Below, piece after piece: positions 51,713 through 63,403 of a stretch of DNA of 64,000 nt. The translations under genes and the position numbers were made by a program. Within the stretch, counting starts at the first letter, position 1, and every line of letters starts with the position of its first letter. This DNA is from an uncultured Candidatus Rokubacteria bacterium (GTDB lineage: Bacteria > Methylomirabilota > Methylomirabilia > Rokubacteriales > CSP1-6), in contig CAVWFS010000020.1 in the NCBI GenBank assembly GCA_963754315.1, positions 64,001-128,000 of the forward strand, given 5' to 3'. The notes beneath the pieces were generated by a model. That model was not told the origin of the DNA. It ran no database searches and saw nothing but the letters and a program-made list of their open reading frames with translations.

Positions 51713-53131
51713 ATGTACGCCTGGCTCGTCCCGAAGGTCATCTTTCCGCTCGCTGAATACGTGAACGGCCGCCGGATGTGGACCGAGCTTCTGCGCATGC
51801 GCGCCGTCCAGTGGTGGCCTCCGGCCGAGGTCGAGGCCCGTGCGCTCGGCCGACTGAAATCGCTGCTGGCGCACGCAGGTCAGCACGTCCCGTACTATCG
51901 GGACCTGTTTAAGAAGGCCGGTATCGAGGCCGGCAATATCCGCACGCCGTCGGATCTCTCCACTGTTCCTATCACGACCAAGGCCGACCTGCGAATTGCC
52001 TACCCCGCCCGGAGCACTGCCGAGAACCTTCCCCCGGAACGGCGGCGGCGGATGATGACGTCCGGCTCCACAGGGTTGCCATTCGAGTTCTACTGGGACC
52101 GCGCGACGGCCGACGTGTTGTTCGGTGCCTACCTCTTCTCACTCGAGTGGGCGGGGACGGCTATCTGGGATGCGCGCATCGTCATGGCCAGTCCCGCGTA
52201 CTTCTACCACAACGTTCTTCCAGCCTCCCGGCTCCGGGAGCTCGCGCGGCGCATGGCGCTTGGCGAGCGAACCTGGAGCTTGCCGGCCCCCGAGCTGACG
52301 GCCGCGGCGTTTCGGAGGCTTGTGGACCAGCTTCCGGCGGGGCGGCGCTACTTCATCCGGGCCTATCCCTCGTCGATCGCCCACCTGGTCTCGCAGCTCG
52401 AGGGAGAAGACAGTCCGAGACGGCACCCGGCGGCGGTGATCAGCTTCGCCGAGACTCTCACCGCGATGAACGCGGCGAGCATCAAGCGCACGTTCCGCTG
52501 CCCAGTCGTCAACTACTACTCGAGTTGGGAAGTCCCCCAGATGGCCCAGACGTGCCCCGACAATCCGGATGTGCTCCACGTGAATTCAGAGCGCGTAATC
52601 CTGCTCGTCGTCCGGCCCGATGGTACGCCGGCGAGCCCAGGGGAGACCGGCCGGGTTGTGGTGACGGACCTGACCAACTACGTCATGCCGTTCATCAATT
52701 ACTTCACCGGCGACTACGCCGTGGTCGCCCCGCCCTGCCCGTGCGGCCGGGGACTCCCCACTCTGAGCCGGCTCGAAGGCCGCGACCTCGAGGTCATCCG
52801 GACACCGGCCGGGCGGCGGATCAATGGCGGCGTCCTGGGACAGTTCATTACCTTCGTTCTCGACGCCATCCCATACGTCTGGGAGTACCAGGCCGTGCAA
52901 ACGGCCCCGGACGCTGTCACGCTCCGCATCGTGCCCACTACGCGCTTTACGTCGGATTTCGGCGCCAAGGTCGAGCGCGAACTCGGGGCGTTCCTGGGAC
53001 CTGAGGTCACGGTCAGCCTTGACGTCGTCGACCGCATTTCGCTCGAGCCGTCAGGGAAGCGCTTCATCATCAAGGCGGAGCTGCGCCAGCCTGCGGTCGC
53101 GCCGCCAGCCTCCGCGGTTTCGCGGCCTTGA
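51713..53131 (+). CDS. Phenylacetate-CoA ligase / CapK-like adenylate-forming enzyme
   Basis: HVPYYR, TSGSTGLP, YSSWE, TDLTNYVMPFINY.TGD, CPCGRG, SGK. Confidence 0.85.
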   Translation: MYAWLVPKVIFPLAEYVNGRRMWTELLRMRAVQWWPPAEVEARALGRLKSLLAHAGQHVPYYRDLFKKAGIEAGNIRTPSDLSTVPITTKADLRIAYPARSTAENLPPERRRRMMTSGSTGLPFEFYWDRATADVLFGAYLFSLEWAGTAIWDARIVMASPAYFYHNVLPASRLRELARRMALGERTWSLPAPELTAAAFRRLVDQLPAGRRYFIRAYPSSIAHLVSQLEGEDSPRRHPAAVISFAETLTAMNAASIKRTFRCPVVNYYSSWEVPQMAQTCPDNPDVLHVNSERVILLVVRPDGTPASPGETGRVVVTDLTNYVMPFINYFTGDYAVVAPPCPCGRGLPTLSRLEGRDLEVIRTPAGRRINGGVLGQFITFVLDAIPYVWEYQAVQTAPDAVTLRIVPTTRFTSDFGAKVERELGAFLGPEVTVSLDVVDRISLEPSGKRFIIKAELRQPAVAPPASAVSRP

Positions 53132-53266
53132 TCCGTGTCCCTCGCACGGGGATTCAGACGGCTCCTCCCGGCGTGGCGCGGGTGGCTGGCACCGGCATTG
53201 CTCGTTTCCATTTTCAGAGAGGTCGGGCCATCAGCGTGTGCTGACCCCGGTGGAGGGAGACGAGTC

Positions 53267-53617
53267 ATGGCGCAGCCGATCGAGATCGACACTCTGACCA
53301 AGGCAATCGATGAGATGCGGAGGCGCGGCTTCAGCGCGCAGTTCAAGGTCGCGAATGAGCGGTTGCGCACGGTCGAGGGCGGTCCGACGTTTGGCGCCGA
53401 CCAGGTGACCATCCTCGAGCGCCGCCGCTTCGAGGGTGTGTCTGCTCCCGATGACATGGCTGTTCTCTACGGCATCGAGACCCATACCGGACTGCGGGGC
53501 ACCCTGACCGACGCGTTCGGGACCTATGCCGATCCGGAGATCGGCGCATTCATACGCCGAGTGGCGGGTTCTGGCGGCACCGCCGAGGATGCCGCCGATC
53601 CGGCCGGTCATCATTGA
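53267..53617 (+). CDS. Conserved hypothetical protein (family often labelled phosphoribosylpyrophosphate synthetase)
   Basis: RFEGVSAPDDMAVLYGIE and GTLTDAFGTYAD motifs; GGAGG RBS. Confidence 0.7.
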   Translation: MAQPIEIDTLTKAIDEMRRRGFSAQFKVANERLRTVEGGPTFGADQVTILERRRFEGVSAPDDMAVLYGIETHTGLRGTLTDAFGTYADPEIGAFIRRVAGSGGTAEDAADPAGHH

Positions 53618-54334
53618 CCCCCATCATCGAGGTCACAGACCAGCTCAGCTAGCTCACGCCTCCGCGCCACGCTGAGTTCGATAGCGCGCCGGCAGAATCG
53701 CCGCGCACAATCGCGGCAACCTCTGAAGACGGCGATGCAGAGCGACGTGCCCTCGAGGATGCCCCGCTCGTTGTCGGTCGCCGAAAAGGTGACAGGCCGC
53801 CTGCGACTCGGAGATCGCAAGCGATCTTTCTTCGGATCGGACGTCGGACCAGAACGGCAGACCCGGACCCGTCCATCGCCTGCTAAGGCATCGTCGACGC
53901 CCATCGCAACGGCACGGAGCATTCGCGATGACCCTGAACAGCCGGGGCCGTCCGCTCCCGGATCTGTTCCGTCCGCATGCGAATTCTTACAACCACGACG
54001 TGTTCCATTTTTCAATTTACATTCCGAATACTTATTCACGTCCGTCCACCCGCTTATCCACCTCATCGCGTCGCTTCATGTGGCCTATGAGTGGGCCCGA
54101 CCGAACCCGTGACAGCTTCCGCGCGCCGCCACACCCAGGCGACGCCGATGACCGATAGATCCCCAGGCCTGGCCGGTTGTGAACCACAACCCGCTCGGGC
54201 CTCCCTGCCGCTCGGGCCTCCCTGCCGATGCCGGGACCCTTCATGCCCCCCCTGAGACGCCCCCGCACCGAGTCTACGATCTAGGCGCACTCGATACCCT
54301 TTATCCGCAGCTGACCTCCGTATCCATCCCTCCG

Positions 54335-55144
54335 TCACTGCCTGCGTCCGGCGACGATAAAACCCGTCAGGGCAGCGAAGAACCGCCCGGCCTGAGAGGC
54401 GGACTCCAGCGGTTCCAGCCAGCCGGCCACCTCCGTCGCCGACAGCCGGCCCTGCTCCTGGGCGCGCTGCAGCGTGCCCCCGAACAACTGCCGGAAGAAC
54501 GCGGCATGCATCACCACGGTGTGCGGGGCGACGGCGACATCACTCAGTCCCGCTTCCTGGAACATTCGGGGCAATCGTCGGCCGATGCGTCCGCTGAGAA
54601 GGCTGTCCGCCATCAACTCGAGAATCTTCTGCGTCGATGGCTGGTCAGGATGGTCGACTAGCTGCGTGTCCCAGTCGAAGTCGAAGACGACGACCCGTCC
54701 GCCCGGGCGGACCACGCGGATCATCTCGTCCAGGGCCCGGTCTGGCGCCTTCAGATGCATGAAGGTTCTCTCCGTGCGGCAGCCGTCGAAACTTCCGTCG
54801 GGCAGGTCCAGTTGCTGGGCATCGCCCAGATGGTATTCGAGCGGCAGGTCGAGCCCTTCGGCTCGCCGGCGCGCCTCGGCGAGCATCGCCTCGCTGCTAT
54901 CCAGCCCGACGACCCGGCCGCCCGGCCTGACGAGGCGCGCCAGCGCCCGCGCATCGTCACCGGTGCCGCAGCCGACGTCCAGGATCTGCTGGCCGACCCG
55001 TGGGTCGAGGAAGGCCTCCATCCTTCGCTTGCACGCCCGGACCGACGCCATCTCGTTGGCGGCGTCCACGAAGCGCTCGAAGAACTTCGGATCGCTGGTG
55101 GTGTCGACCCGGGTGAACCGCTCGACCGTCGTAGGGTCTGCCAT
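54335..55144 (-). CDS. Class I SAM-dependent methyltransferase (UbiE-like)
   Basis: ILDVGCGTG, GLDSS, GDAQQL, RVVRPGG. Confidence 0.88.
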   Translation of the reverse strand: MADPTTVERFTRVDTTSDPKFFERFVDAANEMASVRACKRRMEAFLDPRVGQQILDVGCGTGDDARALARLVRPGGRVVGLDSSEAMLAEARRRAEGLDLPLEYHLGDAQQLDLPDGSFDGCRTERTFMHLKAPDRALDEMIRVVRPGGRVVVFDFDWDTQLVDHPDQPSTQKILELMADSLLSGRIGRRLPRMFQEAGLSDVAVAPHTVVMHAAFFRQLFGGTLQRAQEQGRLSATEVAGWLEPLESASQAGRFFAALTGFIVAGRRQ

Positions 55145-55479
55145 CCCGAGCCTCACTTCCCCGTGGCTCCCCGCGCCGACAGTCACAGGACCGGACACTC
55201 CGATCTTCCGCCCGAGCACGGCGCCCGGAGGAGGGTCTCTTCTAATAGCTCATTACGTACCATTCCGTACAAACGGTTTTCATGGACCTGGCCCAGCCCA
55301 GCCAGGTGTCCAGTCACTGCGGACCATCCTGCCCTCGGTACGGTGTCGGGGAGCTGGGCGGCGCTGGCGCCGCCAGACGGCGCCACATGGATTCCGCGGT
55401 CCTCGAGATCCGATTTCCTGCTAGCATGCCGCAGAACTCGCTGTGCTGCACCCACGGAGGGGTTAAACGAACCGAGGCC

Positions 55480-56708
55480 ATGACCGACATACAAAGCGCG
55501 CCAAGCTAGCCACGCTTGGCGTCGCATTCGCTGCCGTCGTCGCAAGCTGGATGACACTGTCCGGGGGCGGCGCTGCGGACGGGAAAGTCACCGCAAGGCC
55601 CTTCTTCACCGACAGCGAGATCGAGATCATCCTGTCCCACGGCCCGTGGCCGGCGCCGGTGCCGCCTGACCCGACCAACCGCGTCTCAGGAAAGCCGGCG
55701 GCCATCGAGCTCGGCACCCGCTTGTTCTTCGATGAGCGTCTCTCCGCCGGCGGCACCAAGGCCTGCGCGAGCTGCCACGTTCCCGAGCGCAACTGGACCG
55801 ACAACCTCCGGCGCGGTATCGGCCTGGCCGAGCTGGATCGCAACACGCCGACGCTGATGAACCTGCGCGGGCAACGCTGGTACGGCTGGGACGGGGCCGC
55901 CGACAGTCTGTGGTCGCAGAGCCTGCGCCCGATTGTGGATAGCCGCGAACTGGGAGCGACGCCTCGTCATGTGGCTGAACTGGTGCGCCATGACGAGCAG
56001 CTATCCTGCCGCTACCGAAGGGCATTCGGAGCCCCGCCTTCACCGACCGATGACGAGGCGGTGTTCGTGGATGTGGGAAAGGCGCTGGCCGCCTTCCAGG
56101 AAACGCTGACCAGTGGGGCCACGCCATTCGATCGGTTCCGGGACGCCCTGGCGAGGGGGGAACCGCCTTCGTCCTTCGTTTATTCCGAGCCAGCCCAGCG
56201 CGGGCTCAAGATCTTCATCGGCAAGGGCGCCTGCACGTCCTGCCATTCCGGCCCCAATTTCACCAGCGGCAAGTTCTTCCACACCGGACTGTCACGGTTT
56301 GCGCCACACGGCCAGCCCGATCCTGGGCGCGCCGCCGGGATCCGGCAACTGCGGGAAAGCCGTTTCAACCTGCTGGGCCCCTACAACGACGACACGACGG
56401 GCGCCAGCGCTGCGCGCACCCGCGAGGCATCCTTCGAGGCGGGACCCGTCGGCGAGTTCAAGGTGCCGTCGCTGCGCAACCTGATGCTGACCGCGCCCTA
56501 CGGTCGCGACGGCCGCGTGGAAGCCATCGCCGAGGTCGTGCGCCACTACTCCGAGCTGGATCCCGTCCGTCTCCACGCCAAGGACGGTCAGCCCGTCCGC
56601 CCCCTGCATCTCACTCCGCGCGAGCAGACCGACCTGGTCGTCTTCCTCGAATCGTTGAGCACCTTCTCCAATCCCTGGCGTCCCGAGGACGACGGGCCAT
56701 GCCATTGA
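55480..56708 (+). CDS. Di-heme cytochrome c peroxidase / MauG family protein, apparent frameshift just after the start
   Basis: CASCH and CTSCH, LFFDERLS, RNTPTL, WDG, FKVPSLRN; signal peptide is in frame from about 55485 but ATG 55480 is one base off. Confidence 0.85.
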
Positions 56709-57049
56709 CTCGCTTACGGTCCACCAGGTCGGTCGCTGGTCGGCGCTCGGACCTTCACCTCATCGCGGCATCGGTGACGTGAGTGAGCAGGCTCTCGGTA
56801 CGCGCCATGACCCGGGGTTGGTCGGCCGCGGTGGTGGCCGCAGATGACCACGGGTTGCAGATTGTGCCCAGACGGCGCTCCGCCTGACGTAGACCGTCCC
56901 ACTCGGAGGCTTGACGATGGCTCCGCCGAGCCTCATCCTGCATCCCCACAGAGGGCCGCCGGGCGCCGGCGCCGGGAGTGTGATGGTAGCTGCAGACGCG
57001 CCCGCCGACGGTCATTCCCGACCGCGCTTGGCGCGGTGAAGGAGATCCC

Positions 57050-57868
57050 ATGCTGATCGTCGACGCGCAGATCCACCTCTGGAATGCGGGCAAGCCCACC
57101 AATCCCAATCACCGGCAGGTCCCCGCGTACCTCAAGGACGAAGCGCTCGCGGAGATGGACGCCGCTGGCGTCGATGCCGCGGTGCTCACCCCGCACACGC
57201 CGTGGGACCCGAACGCGAACGAGCTGGCGGTCGAGGCGGCGCGCCAGCACCCCGATCGGTTTGTGATCCTCGGCAGCTTCCCGCTCGACAAGCCGGAGAG
57301 TCGCGCGCGAGTGGACACCTGGCGGCAGCGCCCGGGAATGGTCGGCCTGCGCTTCACGTTTCCTCCTCCGGACCAGAGCAAGTGGCCCACGGATGGGACG
57401 ATCGACTGGCTGTGGCCGGCGGCGGAGCGCGCGGGCCTGCCCATCGCGCTGATGGCGGCGGGATTTCTCCCGAAGGTCGGCGAGGTCGCTCAGCGGCATC
57501 CGAACCTCAAGCTGATCCTCGATCATCTCGGCCGTCCCTCGGGAGTGACGAGCGCGGCCGAGCGGTGGGCGAATCTCCCGGAGGTGCTGGCGCTTGCGAA
57601 GCATCCCAACGTCGCCATGAAGGCCACTGGCGCGCCGAGCTACTCCGATCAGCCCTACCCGTTCCGCGACATCCACGACAAGCTGCGACAGCTCTACGAC
57701 GCCTTTGGCCCCGCGCGCTGGTTCTGGGGCACCGACATCACGCGCATGCCCTGCTCGTGGCGTCAGTGCGTGACGTTGTTCACCGAGGAGCTGCCCTGGC
57801 TCCGCGGGCGCGACCTGGAGCTGGTGATGGGGCGCGCGGTCTGTGACTGGCTCGGGTGGAAGCGGTGA
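57050..57868 (+). CDS. Amidohydrolase family protein (LigI-like)
   Basis: VDAQIH, LILDHLG, FWGTD; AAGGAG RBS. Confidence 0.88.
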   Translation: MLIVDAQIHLWNAGKPTNPNHRQVPAYLKDEALAEMDAAGVDAAVLTPHTPWDPNANELAVEAARQHPDRFVILGSFPLDKPESRARVDTWRQRPGMVGLRFTFPPPDQSKWPTDGTIDWLWPAAERAGLPIALMAAGFLPKVGEVAQRHPNLKLILDHLGRPSGVTSAAERWANLPEVLALAKHPNVAMKATGAPSYSDQPYPFRDIHDKLRQLYDAFGPARWFWGTDITRMPCSWRQCVTLFTEELPWLRGRDLELVMGRAVCDWLGWKR

Positions 57869-57964
57869 GGGACGCTCCACGGCGCCGGGCGGAGAGGGCG
57901 GGCGAAGCGTCTCTCCAGCCGCGGCGCCGGGAATCCCAGGATTCTCGTCGGAACGGTGGCGCCG

Positions 57965-58384
57965 TCAGGCGGGAACCGCGACGACGTCGACCTTGATGTC
58001 GGCCGCGACCGCGACCGTGCCGTACAGGGGTCAGCGGCCGCGATAGACCGCGACGAGGTCCTCGGCCTGCGCCTGGGTCACGCCGGCGATCTCGAAGCGC
58101 ATGTGGACCGACTGGTAGTGCGTCACCGCGGCATCGCGGGAGCCCTCGATACTGACGGCCATGCGCGCGATGGGCACGTTCGTCTCGTGCGCGTGCATCT
58201 CGATCAGCGTCACGCCGCAGGATGAGACCGCGGCGAGGAACGCCTCGCTGTTGGTGAGCGCGTCGGGCTGCGGTCGGGACGAGGAATCAAACACCACCTG
58301 CGCCCCGTGCGCGTGATTCACCGCGCGCCCGATGGTCCCACTACTCTCCGAGCGAGCCGAATCGGTCTTGCGATTGCTGCTCAT
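57965..58384 (-). CDS. OsmC/Ohr family probable selenoprotein
   Basis: First Cys in FLAAVSSCG; in-frame TGA (58031-58033) in YRGR-TGA-PLYGT at the expected second-Cys (CP) site; reading continues 21 codons to the stop at 57965. Confidence 0.85.
57997..58026 (-). promoter_or_regulatory. Bacterial SECIS-like hairpin
   Basis: Minus strand CGGTCGC-ggtc-GCGGCCG; 20 nt separate the UGA from the loop. Confidence 0.65.
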
Positions 58385-58432
58385 GAGCCGCTCCTTTCGT
58401 CGAGTGATCGGCAGAGTTCAGCGAGCCAGCCG

Positions 58433-60751
<2,319 letters not shown>

Positions 60752-60803
60752 CTATCGCCCGCCCCGCGCGTGTGCCCACTGCTCGGGCATCGCGGGGAAT
60801 ACA

Positions 60804-61664
60804 CTACAACAGGCCGGCGCGCTCGGCGGCTTCCACGATCCCGCCGCCCGTGGTTACGTCGGCGCGCAGCTGGTGGGTTGCGTGTGCCTTGACCTCGTCG
60901 GAGGCGTGTCCCATCGCGAACGCGCAGCCGGCGACCTGGAACATCGGGACGTCGTTCACCCAGTCGCCCACACAGACGACGTCCTGCATGTCCACGCCGT
61001 GGTGCGCGGCGATCCACTCGAGCGCGCTGCCCTTGGTGGCGCCGGGGGCGCGGACGATCATCGCCCAGTGCCCGAAGAACGCCTCCCGCTGCACCGGGAA
61101 CGTCACCGGCGCCACGAGATCGGTCGCGTGGGCCAGCGCGGCGGCGAGCGCGGCAATCTCGTCCCTCGTCCCCACCGCGATGACACCCGCCGTGTCCGAC
61201 CCGGGGTCCCAGTGCGGCGCCGCGGTCACGTCCTCGATGCGGCTGATGCAAGGCGTCCAGCCCCTGAGATACGCGGCGAACGGCACGCCCCGAGCGTCGT
61301 GGAAGATCTGATCGCGCCCGAGCACGAAGACGGCCGGGTTCCCATCCGCGAGCGCGGCCTGGAGCAGCCGGCCCGCGGGCGCGCCGAGCGCGCGAGACAC
61401 GAGGTTCCGGTCCTCGCGCACCGCCACGATCGCGCTGCCGTCGAGGCAGCCGATCGGCCCATCGAGCTGGAGGCTCCGCGCCACCTCCCGCGTCCCGGAG
61501 TACATGCGCCCGGTGACGATGGTGATGGCGATGCCACGGCGCTGCAGCTCGGCGATCGCGCGCCGGTCGGCCGCGTGAATCGCGCCGCTCCGATCGAGCA
61601 GGGTCCCGTCGAGGTCCGTGGCGAACAGCTTGTAGCGCGAGGGCGCCCGAGCAGGGGCTGTCAT
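60804..61664 (-). CDS. Cof-type HAD-IIB hydrolase
   Basis: TDLDGTLL, VTGR, TKG, GDWVND motifs. Confidence 0.9.
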   Translation of the reverse strand: MTAPARAPSRYKLFATDLDGTLLDRSGAIHAADRRAIAELQRRGIAITIVTGRMYSGTREVARSLQLDGPIGCLDGSAIVAVREDRNLVSRALGAPAGRLLQAALADGNPAVFVLGRDQIFHDARGVPFAAYLRGWTPCISRIEDVTAAPHWDPGSDTAGVIAVGTRDEIAALAAALAHATDLVAPVTFPVQREAFFGHWAMIVRAPGATKGSALEWIAAHHGVDMQDVVCVGDWVNDVPMFQVAGCAFAMGHASDEVKAHATHQLRADVTTGGGIVEAAERAGLL

Positions 61665-62668
61665 GGCGACCGTGGACGCCAGGGTACACCAGGATCGCGA
61701 CCGGCGACTTCACGCCCGGGCTCCCTGCTGTCTCGCGTCCCGCGGCTCAAGGGCCTCGGCGCCGCGGGCCCCGGCACCACCAGGCGATCGAGCGGGACCT
61801 CGAGCGCGCGCGCCAGCCGGAGGAGCGCGCCGATGGTGGGATTCTGCTTGCCGTGCTCGAGGCCGCTGATGTACGTGCGGTCGAGGCCCGCCTCGTCGGC
61901 GAGCTGCTGCTGCTTCCAGCCCCGGGCCGAGCGCAGCTCCTGCAAGCAGCGCCCGAGGCGCTCGAAGTAATCCTCTGCCGTGCCCGGAGACTCCGAGGCG
62001 GCGGCGGTGAGCTGCCGCGCCTCGTGCACGCCGGCGCGCGCGTCCAGCGCGACCGCATCGACGTCGAATGTCGTCGCCGCCCGCGGGCGCCCCCGCAAGG
62101 CTGAGCCGCCGGCGAGGAGCCGGGGCGGTGGAGTCACGCGACGCAGGGCCGCCGCGACCGCGCTGAGCGCGGGCAAGTGTTCCGCCTGGGTGACGGAGAG
62201 CGCGACGAGCTCGGGCCGGCGACGGCCGACGAACTCCACGAGGTCGGCCGTGGGGGTGTTGGCGCCGAGGTAGTCGATCACCCAGCCGTCGATCAGGAAG
62301 GAGTCGGCGACCATTCGCAGGCCCACTGCGTGCGGCTCGCCTTCCACGCACGCCAGCACCGCCCGCCGGCCGGACACGGGTCGCACGGTCAGGCCCTCGC
62401 GCAGTCGCTCCATCTGGCTCAGCGTGATCTCGGTCGCCAGGTGCTCATCCGCCACCGAGAGCCGGCGTGCGCGCCACCGCGCGCCGATCTCTGCCTGGGC
62501 GGGGGCGAGAAGATGCAGATAGATCTGCTCCGTCGTCAGGCCGCGGGCCCGCGCCTGCTCGACGACGCCGTCGGCGCCCGGAGCGTCGCCCCGCAGCAGC
62601 GCGTCGAGGTATCGCCGGTCGAGTGCCCCACGGCCATTCGTCCTGCCTCTTCCGTCTCGGCGTCTCAT
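61661..62668 (-). CDS. Cobalamin-binding regulator with C-terminal XRE-family HTH
   Basis: W-x9-EH (WRARRLSVADEH), EPHAVG, YLGANTP, LSVT, AGG; then QQQLADEAGLDRTYISGLEHGKQNPT; GAGGTG RBS before ATG 62668. Confidence 0.88.
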   Translation of the reverse strand: MRRRDGRGRTNGRGALDRRYLDALLRGDAPGADGVVEQARARGLTTEQIYLHLLAPAQAEIGARWRARRLSVADEHLATEITLSQMERLREGLTVRPVSGRRAVLACVEGEPHAVGLRMVADSFLIDGWVIDYLGANTPTADLVEFVGRRRPELVALSVTQAEHLPALSAVAAALRRVTPPPRLLAGGSALRGRPRAATTFDVDAVALDARAGVHEARQLTAAASESPGTAEDYFERLGRCLQELRSARGWKQQQLADEAGLDRTYISGLEHGKQNPTIGALLRLARALEVPLDRLVVPGPAAPRPLSRGTRDSREPGREVAGRDPGVPWRPRSP

Positions 62669-62729
62669 GGGTTCACCTCGCTGTCGATTATGTGCGACGG
62701 GCTCCCGCTTCCGTTCACGCGTGCTCCAA

Positions 62730-62800
62730 CAGAGTCGTTCAGAGTCGTTGTAGTTTATATTTGACATATATAGTTATCAGTGTAGTGTATATACAACTCA
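62730..62800. promoter_or_regulatory. Divergent promoter/operator region
   Basis: AT-rich island; TTGACA 62761-62766 and TAGTGT 62783-62788; repeats TGTAGT(T/G)TATAT at 62749 and 62781; tandem CAGAGTCGTT x2. Confidence 0.7.
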
Positions 62801-62835
62801 GATCGATGTGATCAGAGAACAAGGAGGAGGAACCG

Positions 62836-63330
62836 ATGCGCAGCATGCCGTTCATTCGTCTCGCCGTCGCCGTCACCACTCTGGGTCTGGTCTTCGGATC
62901 CGTTACCCCCGCTCGGACCGCGGACGATCGGAAGGACATCGTCGATACGGCCGTCCAGGCCGGCAGCTTCACGACGCTGGCCAAGGCCCTCACCGCCGCC
63001 GGGCTCGTGGAGACCCTGAAGGGGCCCGGGCCGTTCACCGTGTTCGCGCCCACGGACGCAGCCTTCGCGAAGCTGCCCGCGGGCATCCTGGATGGCCTCC
63101 TCGCCGACAAGGCGAAGCTCACCCAGGTGCTCACCTATCACGTGGTCCCCGGCACCGTCATGGCCGCCGACGTGGTCAAGCTCTCGAGCGCCAAGACGGT
63201 CCAGGGTCAGAGCGTGAAGATCACCACGAGCGGAGGCGTGAAGGTGGACAACGCCAACGTCGTGAAGACCGATGTCATCGCCACCAACGGCGTGATCCAC
63301 GTCATCGACGCCGTGATCCTTCCGCAATAA
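62836..63330 (+). CDS. Fasciclin (FAS1) domain secreted protein
   Basis: [33 protein letters not shown]; strong RBS. Confidence 0.95.
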   Translation: MRSMPFIRLAVAVTTLGLVFGSVTPARTADDRKDIVDTAVQAGSFTTLAKALTAAGLVETLKGPGPFTVFAPTDAAFAKLPAGILDGLLADKAKLTQVLTYHVVPGTVMAADVVKLSSAKTVQGQSVKITTSGGVKVDNANVVKTDVIATNGVIHVIDAVILPQ

Positions 63331-63340
63331 ACACCCCCCC

Positions 63341-63374
63341 GGTCCGTCCCGCCGGAAGAGCGGCGGGACGGACC
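63341..63374 (+). terminator. Perfect 14-bp intercistronic hairpin
   Basis: GGTCCGTCCCGCCG-gaagag-CGGCGGGACGGACC; no strong U-tract. Confidence 0.6.
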
Positions 63375-63403
63375 CGATTCGTTCTGGAGATGAGGGAACG
63401 CGG

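Noticed and set aside
53620..54330. Gene or ncRNA in the intergenic region with an AT-rich patch near 53980-54040
   Set aside because: No convincing ORF, RBS or fold recognised
55255..55272. GTAC-N6-GTAC TetR-like operator upstream of the methyltransferase
   Set aside because: Too short to support and no regulator nearby
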